A DNA stretch of 64,000 nt from a virus (IMGVR_UViG_648276631_000006:1610-65609); one strand, 5' to 3'. Shown: positions 9,074-16,865, counted from the first letter of the stretch. Numbers and translations: made by a program. The notes: generated from the letters alone by a model not told the origin.

Positions 9074-9203
9074 GGGCAAATAAAAAGCCCGCGAGCGGTT
9101 GCTGCGGGCTTGAAGAAAAAGCCGGTGACCTTTCGGGTCTGCCTGGGGAATGGTTCAGAGAGGGAGGGAGGAGATAGGCCCCAGACCCGGCGGAAAAGTT
9201 AGA
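9074..9203 (-). repeat. Element A copy 3
   Basis: Aligns with 5932..6060 over ~130 nt. Confidence 0.9.
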
Positions 9204-9275
9204 TGGCGCAGCTTCCTTCAGCCCGATGAGGGTCAGGCAGAAGAAATGCGCACTTGGGTTAATAAAAGGTGCTGC

Positions 9276-9389
9276 GCCATCTGGCGTGACCACTGTCGCC
9301 ACGACGCGGATGCGCCGACTTCCTAATTGACGGTAGCTCAGGCGAATTCCTGTGCTGCCGTACCTGCTCGAGCAGTCACGCCAGATAGC
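9276..9389 (-). ncRNA. Element B copy 3, putative structured RNA
   Basis: Closing stem gctatctggcgtgactgct/agtggtcacgccagatggc on the minus strand. Confidence 0.7.
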
Positions 9390-9714
9390 CCCCGCTACTT
9401 TCCCGGGGTGTTCATGATGGGCACCTAAGACCGGTGCAATTACCCTCTTGCAGTATTCCAGCCGGGCCTTGCAGGCCTGGTTTGTAAGAACCGGGGAGCC
9501 GACCCCCGGCACCATCAAGAAAAAGAGCGGATCACCCGGCTTGCGGTCTGTCGGTGGCGGCATCTCGGATTGCCTAACTCCACGCCCGGTTTAGTTTTTC
9601 AATGCCGCGCTCTTTCTTGATGGCCCCGCGATAGCCCTGCGGGGAAGGGCACATGCATGGCCGCATGCTGGCTAAATGCTCACATTTTTGAATCTCCGTT
9701 GTTTACTTGGCCGC

Positions 9715-10272
9715 CTATGCATTCAGCAAGTGCGCCTTGATGAATGGCCCGAAAAATGGGTTGTCGCCTTTTTTGTATTCCAGGCGGATGCGGTCGCCAG
9801 GGTGGAAGCCACTGGGCGGCGCAATATGAGCATCCACCCGGACGTCAAACCCCATGTCTCCACTGCGCACAGTCAGGCTCCAGGCTCCGCTGATGAATTG
9901 CTCGGCACACTGCACAGTGGCGCCCAGGAAAGAAGTCTGCAGGGTGGCTGTCACCACCTCTTCCTGCTTTGTGGCGGGAGTCTTGGGGTCCACCTTCTTG
10001 GGCAGCTCAGCCCACGCTAGGGTTTCGTCAGCGCCATCGCTGTTGCGCAGTGGGCGCAGCTCGCAATCCCTGTAGACAACGGAGCGCCCATCACCTGGGC
10101 TGTTTCGGCGCCCACCGAAGTCAAACGTCGAAAGAGGGCGTCCAACCCAGTCGGCGGGAATTGAATAGGCGCCAGCCTGGGCACGAGCAGTGATCTCGAG
10201 CAGGCAGCCGTTGTTGATGGGGTAGTCAAGATCGTTGACCACGATGGCCAGATCACCAAGACGACAATTCAT
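9715..10272 (-). CDS. Phage hypothetical protein, probably LexA-regulated
   Basis: RBS AAGGA; MNCRLGDLAIVV...LRPLR; SOS box upstream. Confidence 0.75.
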   Translation of the reverse strand: MNCRLGDLAIVVNDLDYPINNGCLLEITARAQAGAYSIPADWVGRPLSTFDFGGRRNSPGDGRSVVYRDCELRPLRNSDGADETLAWAELPKKVDPKTPATKQEEVVTATLQTSFLGATVQCAEQFISGAWSLTVRSGDMGFDVRVDAHIAPPSGFHPGDRIRLEYKKGDNPFFGPFIKAHLLNA

Positions 10273-10289
10273 GGCATTCCTTGATTTAA

Positions 10290-10305
10290 CTGTTTATTTA
10301 TACAG
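10290..10305. promoter_or_regulatory. LexA (SOS) box
   Basis: CTGT-TTATTTAT-ACAG fits CTGT-N8-ACAG; minus-strand -35 TTGACC at 10331-10336. Confidence 0.8.
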
Positions 10306-10673
10306 TATTCTTAAGCGAATTGGGCCTGTAGGTCAACTCAAACGGAAGCCCTGCAAGCAAGGCTTTGGTTTGAACCCCGGATGCGCTCCGGGCGGCGGCG
10401 CTCGCGCGCTGGGCGTTTTTGCTCTTGGCCTCCCTGAATGCCTCACCGCCGTATAGAACCCAGCGGATGGATTTCGCGAGGCCTTTCGATGTTCCTGTTG
10501 CCGATCCCATCCGGGGGCAGAGCAGTACTGACTAGAGCGACCGACGACCTTTTGTATCCCGCTGCCGCCCGCGGTGCCCTGTGTTTACCCAGCCGTGCGG
10601 CTGCATGAACGGGGTGCTGGCTCGGTCACTTGGCACCCAGCGCCGGCAACACGATGATTGCGGCGATGAGTGG

Positions 10674-10736
10674 AATGTAAGAGTACTAACATTTAATGTC
10701 AAGTGCACTTACTTAAATAATTTTAGAGTGCTAATA
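10674..10736 (-). promoter_or_regulatory. pL promoter and OL operators
   Basis: -35 TTGACA (10697-10702), 17-nt spacer, -10 TACATT; operators tgtaagagtactaaca, gtcaagtgcacttact and ttttagagtgctaata resemble the OR sites. Confidence 0.8.
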
Positions 10737-10766
10737 TTTATCTCATGGCAACACACCACACACACG

Positions 10767-10792
10767 AAAAAAAGCCCGCTGATGCGGGCTTT
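10767..10792 (-). terminator. Intrinsic terminator of the cI operon
   Basis: aaaaaaagcccgc-tgat-gcgggcttt hairpin with a U-tract on the minus strand. Confidence 0.75.
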
Positions 10793-10934
10793 AGGGCGGT
10801 CCCGTGCGGGCTGGCTATAGATAGCAATGGGCGTTTCTACATCGAGCCATCGACAAGCGATGGCGAAGTAGCTTTGCGCAGCATGCTTTCTGAAGGCGTG
10901 GCCGTAACCATTACGCCATCAGAGCCTCAATCCG

Positions 10935-11204
10935 CTACAGGCGTTGCTGCAGCCATGGGATGACGTCTTCGTGCTTAGAGTGGCCCCAGAATGGTGAAGT
11001 AAGCGTAATGACGATGCAGCTGTCATTGCTGTCGAGCATGGGCAGCAGTGCTTCGTAGACCTGTCTGGGGCCTAACTGGGTGTTTACAGCGTATGAGGAC
11101 TCGGAAAGCTTGGCCCATTCTGGGAAAAGCGTCTTGATCTTCTGAAGCAGAGGTGGTCTGCGTACTTCTTGGTTTAGGTCGTAGGTGATCAACAGAACTG
11201 CCAC
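10935..11204 (-). CDS. Stand-alone Cas2/VapD-like small protein
   Basis: 89 aa, N-terminal LLITYDL, SESSYAV; strong RBS AAGGAGG; downstream of cI. Confidence 0.6.
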   Translation of the reverse strand: MAVLLITYDLNQEVRRPPLLQKIKTLFPEWAKLSESSYAVNTQLGPRQVYEALLPMLDSNDSCIVITLTSPFWGHSKHEDVIPWLQQRL

Positions 11205-11332
11205 TTTTCTCCTCCTTTAGTTACGATAGATCTCTGGTTCAACTTGTCATTTGATTGCGAGCCGCTTCCGCAGCGCCCATTGCCACCTGGAAGGTGAGCG
11301 CATGAGATATGGCGCTTCTTAGCAGGTGAGCA

Positions 11333-12007
11333 TCACTTCCGCCGAAATTTTCTGCGGTGCTCCAACATCGTTCCAATGACAACCAAGTGGTGCTCATCGC
11401 TTCGCATAACGGGGTAGTCGTCATTCAATGGCACCAGCTCAAAAATCTCTTGACCAGCCTCATCGATGCCTCGCACCCGGTACTTTTTAAAGGTGGCCTC
11501 TTGCCTAGTGTTACGCGCAGCCACGAAATCGCCGGGGCGGGGAGATACCTCAGGGTCAATCAAAACCCTGTCACCTGGGCGGAACTCCGGGAGCATTGAG
11601 TCACCCTCGATCTCAAAAAAGAAGGCCCAGTCAGAGGCATCGTCTTCACCGAACTCAACGGCAAAGCCGTCGCCAGGTTCATATGGGCACACGATCTCTT
11701 TCACGAGCCCGGCTTGTATCTTTGAGATAACAGGGTAGGCGCGCATTCCTGGCGGCGTTGGTTTGACGTTTTCATCGAAATCTGCGTGGACGCCTTTCTC
11801 TGGGCCTGTTCCAGTTGCAATCCACATGGCGCTAAATCCAGACGCTGCCGCGAGCTTTGTTGCTGGCGCTGTCTTTAGGCTCTTGGTCGGGCCGTCTTTC
11901 CATTGAGTCACTGCAGACGAGGTGACCCCCGCAATTCGAGCAATTTCTCCAACGGACATTCCCGTTTCTGACATCAGGCGTGCAATGCGGTCTTGAAGCG
12001 TTGACAT
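11333..12007 (-). CDS. cI: CI-like repressor (XRE HTH plus S24 autopeptidase)
   Basis: HTH SVGEIARIAGVTSSAVTQW; QAG cleavage site; GDSM and TFKK catalytic motifs. Confidence 0.95.
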   Translation of the reverse strand: MSTLQDRIARLMSETGMSVGEIARIAGVTSSAVTQWKDGPTKSLKTAPATKLAAASGFSAMWIATGTGPEKGVHADFDENVKPTPPGMRAYPVISKIQAGLVKEIVCPYEPGDGFAVEFGEDDASDWAFFFEIEGDSMLPEFRPGDRVLIDPEVSPRPGDFVAARNTRQEATFKKYRVRGIDEAGQEIFELVPLNDDYPVMRSDEHHLVVIGTMLEHRRKFRRK

Positions 12008-12071
12008 GTTAGTGAGCTTACGTCTTATGGCTGTTAGAGTGCTTGCAAACGTCTTGTAAGTTCTCTAACAT
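12007..12071. promoter_or_regulatory. OR operators with pR and pRM
   Basis: Three sites: tgttagtgagcttac, tgttagagtgcttgc, tgtaagttctctaaca; pR TTGCAA-17-TAACAT. Confidence 0.75.
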
Positions 12072-12076
12072 TCGGC

Positions 12077-12298
12077 ATGACCAAGACTGAAGCCATAACT
12101 TTGCTTGGCGGCTCTGTCGCCAAGGCTGCGGAAGCCATCGGCATCAATTCCCAAGCCATCTCACAGTGGCCCATGGAGCTTCCTGCTCGACTGATAGACC
12201 GTGTGCAGGCCGCCCTGTGGCGTATGCAAGAGGCAAAAGGCGCAGCCCAGCAGCTGCCGCAGCCATCCACCCCAGAAAAGGAGGTGGGCAATGACTGA
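12077..12298 (+). CDS. cro: Cro-like repressor
   Basis: GGSVAKAAEAIGINSQAISQW HTH; divergent from cI. Confidence 0.9.
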   Translation: MTKTEAITLLGGSVAKAAEAIGINSQAISQWPMELPARLIDRVQAALWRMQEAKGAAQQLPQPSTPEKEVGND

Positions 12299-12734
12299 CA
12301 CCACCAAATACATCACGCAACTCGCTCACCTGACCAAGGCGCAGAAAGCCGCTCTTGGGGCCGTGCTCAATGCGCTGCAGGGGCTTCCCCCGGACGATGC
12401 CCAGGAGGTGCTGGATCACGCGACTGCTCATCTGGCGGGGGACGAGCACACGCCAATGTTTGCCCGCGGCATTGCTGGTCCTCTGGGCAAGCTCGATCAC
12501 GAATTGAAGACGAAGGTCGATGAGGTGACCTTTCATCGTTTCCGTAGGAGCTGCGCTTTGTTGGAGCTGGACACCTCGGCGCGCATCCGCGATGCAATCT
12601 ATGTGCTGGAGTGGAAAAAGCCGTACCGACAGATGGTGGCGGAGAAGATGCTTCATGAAGATGAGCATAGCCAAGGGTTGCTGGCGCTGGTAGGCCACGT
12701 TCAGGCCCCCGAATTCGGAGGGCGTGGCCGATGA
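12291..12734 (+). CDS. Phage regulatory/hypothetical protein (CII position)
   Basis: RBS GGAGG; overlaps the cro stop. Confidence 0.65.
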   Translation: MTDTTKYITQLAHLTKAQKAALGAVLNALQGLPPDDAQEVLDHATAHLAGDEHTPMFARGIAGPLGKLDHELKTKVDEVTFHRFRRSCALLELDTSARIRDAIYVLEWKKPYRQMVAEKMLHEDEHSQGLLALVGHVQAPEFGGRGR

Positions 12735-13450
12735 GTCTGAATTCGCAACTTTCACCGGTGGCCGTGCCGCTGACCATGAGCAGCCGCGACATTGCGGAGC
12801 TGACCGGCAAGGATCACTTTCATGTGATGCGCGACCTGCGCGCTATGCATGGACAGCTGGGGACTATGTTCGGTGGGTCTATCCATCCTTGGATACACCC
12901 CCAGAACGGCCAGACCTACGACGAGTACCTGCTGGACAAGGACACCAGCCTGACCTTGCTGCTGGGCTACGACCCGGTGGCCCGCATGAAGGTGGTCAAG
13001 CGCTGGCAGGAGCTGGAAGCCCAGCAGGCCCCCAAGCTGCCCCAGACGATGGCCCAGGCGCTGCGCCTTGCAGCAGAGCAGGCCGAGCAGATAGAAGCCC
13101 AGCAGGAGCAGCTGGCGCTGGCCGCGCCCAAGGTGGCCTTTGTGGACCGCTACGTCGCGGCTACCAGTGGCGAGAAGGGATTCCGCGAAGTCTGCAAGCT
13201 GCTTGGTGCCAATGAACATGAGTTCAGCGAGTTCCTGGCGCGGGCCAAGATCATGTACCGCCTTGCCGGGAAGATGACACCCCATGCCGAGCACCTGGCT
13301 GCCGGCCGCTTCAAGGTGAAGACGGGCACGGCACCGCGCAATGAGCATGCCTACGCACAAGCCAAGTTCACCCCGAAGGGCGTGGAGTGGATTGCGGGCC
13401 TGTGGGGTTCGCACAAGGCGCGGCTGGCGCAGGAAGGCGGTGCCGCATGA
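12731..13450 (+). CDS. Rha-family plus Ant/KilAC antirepressor
   Basis: MSSRDIAELTGKDHFHVMRD; LPQTMAQALRLAAE; APKVAFVD; FTPKGVEWI. Confidence 0.9.
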   Translation: MSLNSQLSPVAVPLTMSSRDIAELTGKDHFHVMRDLRAMHGQLGTMFGGSIHPWIHPQNGQTYDEYLLDKDTSLTLLLGYDPVARMKVVKRWQELEAQQAPKLPQTMAQALRLAAEQAEQIEAQQEQLALAAPKVAFVDRYVAATSGEKGFREVCKLLGANEHEFSEFLARAKIMYRLAGKMTPHAEHLAAGRFKVKTGTAPRNEHAYAQAKFTPKGVEWIAGLWGSHKARLAQEGGAA

Positions 13451-14394
13451 GCACGATCATCATGGCGGCCTGCTGGCCCCTGCAGGGCATGAGCCCGAGC
13501 CAGAAGGCAGTCCTCATTTCTCTGGCTGACCAAGCCAACGACGATGGCGTGTGCTGGCCTGCAGTCGGGACCATCGCCGCACGCACCTGCCTGTCAGAGC
13601 GCGCTGTGCGCGATGCCTTGGCCTGGCTGCAAGCTGCTGGCGCTGTGTTCCGCGAGTACCGCCACAACACCAGCACCAGCTACACCGTCTGCCCCAAGCG
13701 CTTTGACCCGGCCAAGGCTCCGGCGGAGAGCAAGCGCACCACCAAGCGCAAAACCAATGTGGCGGCAAATGCCGCCCCCCCTGCGGCTGCCGCCCCCCCT
13801 GCGGCTGCCGCCCCCGGTGCAGATGCCGCCCCACCGGCAAATGCCGCAGTACCCCCGGCAAATGCCGCCCCAGCCCCGGCAAATGCCGCCGGTCTAGAGG
13901 GGCAAATGCCGCCCCCAAATCATCAGTTGAACCGTCACTTAACCGCCAATGAACCATCCCCGCCTGCTTTGCAGTCGGGCCGTGGTGGGGCAGGGCAACC
14001 TGAAAACACCGAGGAAACCGCACTGCAGGCCGCTTGCCGGGAAACCTGGGCAGCCTACAGCTTCGCGTTTGAGCAGCGCTACGGGGTCAAGCCCGTTCGC
14101 AACGCTCCGGTGAATGCCAACGTCAAAGCGCTGGTCAAGCGCCTGGGCCACGAGGAAGCTCCGCTGGTGGCCGCGTGGTACGTGGCGAACGTGAACGAAG
14201 CCTTTGTGGTGAAGAACTCCCACGGCATGGGGGTGCTGGTCAACCAGGCGGAGGGCTACCGCACCCAGTGGGCACGCGGTCAGGCCGTGACGGCGACAGC
14301 TGCACAGGCGGCCGACAAGAGCAGCGCGAACTTCGATGCCATCGAGGAAGCCAAGCGCTTGATGCGACGAAGCAAGGAGGGTGGCAATGCTTGA
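13447..14394 (+). CDS. Phage replication initiator (N-terminal HTH)
   Basis: KAVLISLADQANDDGVCWPAVGTIAARTCLSERAV; internal DNA repeats. Confidence 0.85.
   Translation: MSTIIMAACWPLQGMSPSQKAVLISLADQANDDGVCWPAVGTIAARTCLSERAVRDALAWLQAAGAVFREYRHNTSTSYTVCPKRFDPAKAPAESKRTTKRKTNVAANAAPPAAAAPPAAAAPGADAAPPANAAVPPANAAPAPANAAGLEGQMPPPNHQLNRHLTANEPSPPALQSGRGGAGQPENTEETALQAACRETWAAYSFAFEQRYGVKPVRNAPVNANVKALVKRLGHEEAPLVAAWYVANVNEAFVVKNSHGMGVLVNQAEGYRTQWARGQAVTATAAQAADKSSANFDAIEEAKRLMRRSKEGGNA
13763..13916 (+). repeat. Iteron-like direct repeats (probable phage ori)
   Basis: GCAAATGCCGC x5 plus variants GCGGCTGCCGCC x2 and GCAGATGCCGCC. Confidence 0.6.
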
Positions 14395-15166
14395 CGAACT
14401 CGACACCGATTGGCTGATCGAAGAACTTGGCGCGACCATGGAGCTGTCGGGGCAGCAGATCCGCCCCGCGTCGTTGAGGCTGCTGGCCTCTGACCTGTCC
14501 CACATCGACAAGTCGCTGCTGCGCATGGCGCTGGCCCGCATCCGTGCAGAGCACAAGGGGCAGATCCTGACGGGCACGGTGCTGCAGTACGTGGATCACG
14601 CCATGGGCCGATTGCTGCCGGCGGAGGCCTATGCCTTGGCACTGTCCAGCTCAGACGACAGCGCCACCATCGTGTGGACGAACGAGATTGCCGATGCCTG
14701 GTCCGTGGCCGCGCCGCTGCTGCGTGCTGGCGATAAGTTCGGTGCCCGACAGGCTTTCGTTGAGGCATACGGCCGCATCACTGGCGAAGCCCGCGCGCTG
14801 CGCCAGCATCCTGTGGTGCAGGTGAGCCTTGGTCATGACCCCGAGGGGCGCACCCGTGCCTTGCAAGAGGCTATGACCGCAGGGCGCTTGCCGGGTGGTC
14901 TGGAGGCTCTGACCGAGGATGTGCGCCACCAGCTGCAACTGCCTGCACCACGCGCTGCGCTGGCGCTGCCAGCCCCTGAGAGTGCACCAGCAGGCCCAGC
15001 GCGCAGCACGCTGCAGCAGTTGGCCAAGCTGCGCGATCACTTCGCCCGCAAGGCCGGTCGCTTCACCCATGCCCAGGTCCTGGCTCGGGCAGACCGCATG
15101 CGCCTGAATCAGGAGAAGCGCAAAACTGCCGCCGCTGTGCTGGCCTACCAGCAGGGGGGCAGGTGA
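14387..15166 (+). CDS. Replication accessory protein (helicase-loader position)
   Basis: Coupled to the initiator; GDKFGARQAFVEAY and VSLGHD motifs. Confidence 0.65.
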   Translation: MLDELDTDWLIEELGATMELSGQQIRPASLRLLASDLSHIDKSLLRMALARIRAEHKGQILTGTVLQYVDHAMGRLLPAEAYALALSSSDDSATIVWTNEIADAWSVAAPLLRAGDKFGARQAFVEAYGRITGEARALRQHPVVQVSLGHDPEGRTRALQEAMTAGRLPGGLEALTEDVRHQLQLPAPRAALALPAPESAPAGPARSTLQQLAKLRDHFARKAGRFTHAQVLARADRMRLNQEKRKTAAAVLAYQQGGR

Positions 15167-15726
15167 TGAATGCCAAACGATTTACCAACGCACTACCTCG
15201 AAGCCAGGGACCATCTGGTGCAACTGGCAATGACCCCGGGGTGGTGGCACTACTCAAGGCACAGGGCTACGGAGTTGGAAGAGGAATCCGTGACACATGG
15301 TCACGGGCTGTGGCTGGGAATGCGGGAAGCCGTGCGGGCGGAACTCAAGCGCCTGCGGTTCAAGCCGCGGCCAAGCGATCTGGAGCCGGTGGAGCCAAGT
15401 ACGGAAACAAGAAGACCGTCACCCCCGATGGGGTGAAGTTCGACAGCCGTGCCGAGGCTCGCCGCTGGGGCCATCTGTGCATGCAGCTGCGCGCTGGGGA
15501 AATCACCGAGCTGCGCCGCCAGGTGGCCTATGAGCTGGTGCCTGCTGTGAAGTTTGCCGATGCGAGCCGCGTCAAGCCGGCCATACGCTACGTGGCCGAT
15601 TTCGTCTACGTGGAAAAGGGCGTGGAGGTGATCGAGGATGTGAAGGGTGTGCTGACCACCGAATTCAAGCTCAAGCGCCACCTGATGAAGGCCCTGCTGG
15701 GCCTGGAAGTGAGGTTGGTCAAATGA
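15166..15726 (+). CDS. DUF1064-like PD-(D/E)XK nuclease (start uncertain)
   Basis: KYGNKKTV..DGVKFDSRAEARR...YVADFVY...IEDVKG. Confidence 0.85.
   Translation: MNAKRFTNALPRSQGPSGATGNDPGVVALLKAQGYGVGRGIRDTWSRAVAGNAGSRAGGTQAPAVQAAAKRSGAGGAKYGNKKTVTPDGVKFDSRAEARRWGHLCMQLRAGEITELRRQVAYELVPAVKFADASRVKPAIRYVADFVYVEKGVEVIEDVKGVLTTEFKLKRHLMKALLGLEVRLVK
15170..15436 (+). CDS. Phage hypothetical protein overlapping the DUF1064 5' region
   Basis: HLVQLAMTPGWWHYSRHRA looks like a real protein; ATG 4 nt from the DUF1064 ATG. Confidence 0.5.
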   Translation: MPNDLPTHYLEARDHLVQLAMTPGWWHYSRHRATELEEESVTHGHGLWLGMREAVRAELKRLRFKPRPSDLEPVEPSTETRRPSPPMG

Positions 15727-15980
15727 TCCAGCCATTGGACACCGCATTTTTCGGCAAGGTCGTGCCACTGGCTGGCCAGCGCAAGCCGCCCAGCAATTCC
15801 ACGACCACCCGGCTGCTGAAGCCGCACCTGGACCGCATGTGCGACGGTCGGTACATGCATCGCGTCACCATGGAAAACCGCTGCGGCAACACCATCGAGG
15901 TGGGCGCCCGCCGGATCTACGTGATGGACGAGTATGGCGATACCGTGCTGGTCGACGATTGGGGGCCCTCATGGTATTGA
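15723..15980 (+). CDS. Phage hypothetical protein
   Basis: ATGA coupling with the previous gene. Confidence 0.6.
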   Translation: MIQPLDTAFFGKVVPLAGQRKPPSNSTTTRLLKPHLDRMCDGRYMHRVTMENRCGNTIEVGARRIYVMDEYGDTVLVDDWGPSWY

Positions 15981-16264
15981 ACGACTACCAGCAGGCCTTG
16001 AAGCGTGCTCAAGAAGATCGAAACTATCTGAGGTCGATTATCTCGATTGTTGGTCGTGGATCTATGACAGGCCGCGCTTGCTCTGACTGGTTCGCACATT
16101 CATTGTTGAATGACGAACCTATCTCGGAGCAAGTATGGAAGCTGCTTGTCCCTCAACTCCTTCGACTACGACGATTGAAGCGGTGTGATAGCGCATTGGT
16201 TCGTGGCGCGGTAGAGCGACTGCTTGCAGCGCGTGCCGCGACCCAGGGGGACACATCATGCTGA
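15971..16264 (+). CDS. Hypothetical protein (lower GC)
   Basis: MVLNDYQQAL... overlaps both neighbours. Confidence 0.5.
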   Translation: MVLNDYQQALKRAQEDRNYLRSIISIVGRGSMTGRACSDWFAHSLLNDEPISEQVWKLLVPQLLRLRRLKRCDSALVRGAVERLLAARAATQGDTSC

Positions 16265-16833
16265 TGCGCCGTAAACCCCTTAATCCCGGCAAGGGCTTCA
16301 AGTCTCGCAGCGGCTGGGCTGGCGCTGGGCTCCGTGACGAACAGGACGAGGGCCACTACTGCGAGCCGGGGCAGGCTGGCAGCCGTGAGCAGCGCCTTGC
16401 CGAGCGCGCTGCCCGTCAGATCGAGAGCGCCCTTGCTACGGCCAACCTGGTGCCTGAGAACGTCACCATGGCCCCTGGTGCTGGCACGACGGGCATCGTG
16501 GTTCCGAAAGAGCACGCCATCGAAAGCGAGCCCTATCGCCGGCTGGTGGCCGAGCTGCCTTGCTTTTGGTGCGGCATCAGCGGCTATAGCCAGCATGCCC
16601 ACCTGAACTACGGCAAGGGCCTGGGCCTCAAGACCGACGACCGCACAGGCTTCCCGCTGTGCTGCAGCCGCCCCGGCATTGAAGGCTGCCATGTGGCCTA
16701 TGACCAGTATCGACTGCTGGAGAGCGGAGGGCGAGAGGCCCACCGTGAGTACGGCATCGAGGCTGGCCGATTTACCCGCGAACAGATCCTGAAGGCCGGC
16801 CTGTGGCCCAAGAAGCTGCCCCTGTGGGCCTAA
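16258..16833 (+). CDS. Zn-binding HNH-like nin-region protein (DUF968/DUF1364-like)
   Basis: LPCFWCG...QHAH...KTDD..GFPLC...GCH. Confidence 0.7.
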   Translation: MLMRRKPLNPGKGFKSRSGWAGAGLRDEQDEGHYCEPGQAGSREQRLAERAARQIESALATANLVPENVTMAPGAGTTGIVVPKEHAIESEPYRRLVAELPCFWCGISGYSQHAHLNYGKGLGLKTDDRTGFPLCCSRPGIEGCHVAYDQYRLLESGGREAHREYGIEAGRFTREQILKAGLWPKKLPLWA

Positions 16834-16865
16834 GAAGTTTAAGAACCCGACACCCTGGAGCATCA

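Noticed and set aside
5932..9389. CRISPR array or integron attC cassettes as an explanation for the A/B repeats
   Set aside because: The repeats are 100-130 nt and irregularly spaced. There is no cas1 or integron integrase and no clear attC core sites. Strand-specific G.U pairs favour an RNA structure.
7119..9389. Retron msr/msd or DGR template repeat
   Set aside because: No reverse transcriptase ORF is visible in the window, and there is no adenine-specific TR/VR pair near the fibre genes.
8931..9563. 210-aa minus-strand ORF (also 6806..7144 and 7026..7256)
   Set aside because: These run through the terminators and structured repeats. The shared ATVVTPDG peptide is just the translation of element B.
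12925..12933. gtacctgct in the Rha/Ant gene, complementary to the element B junction (c4-like antisense target)
   Set aside because: A single 9-mer deep in a CDS can easily arise by chance in 64 kb, and no second target box was seen.
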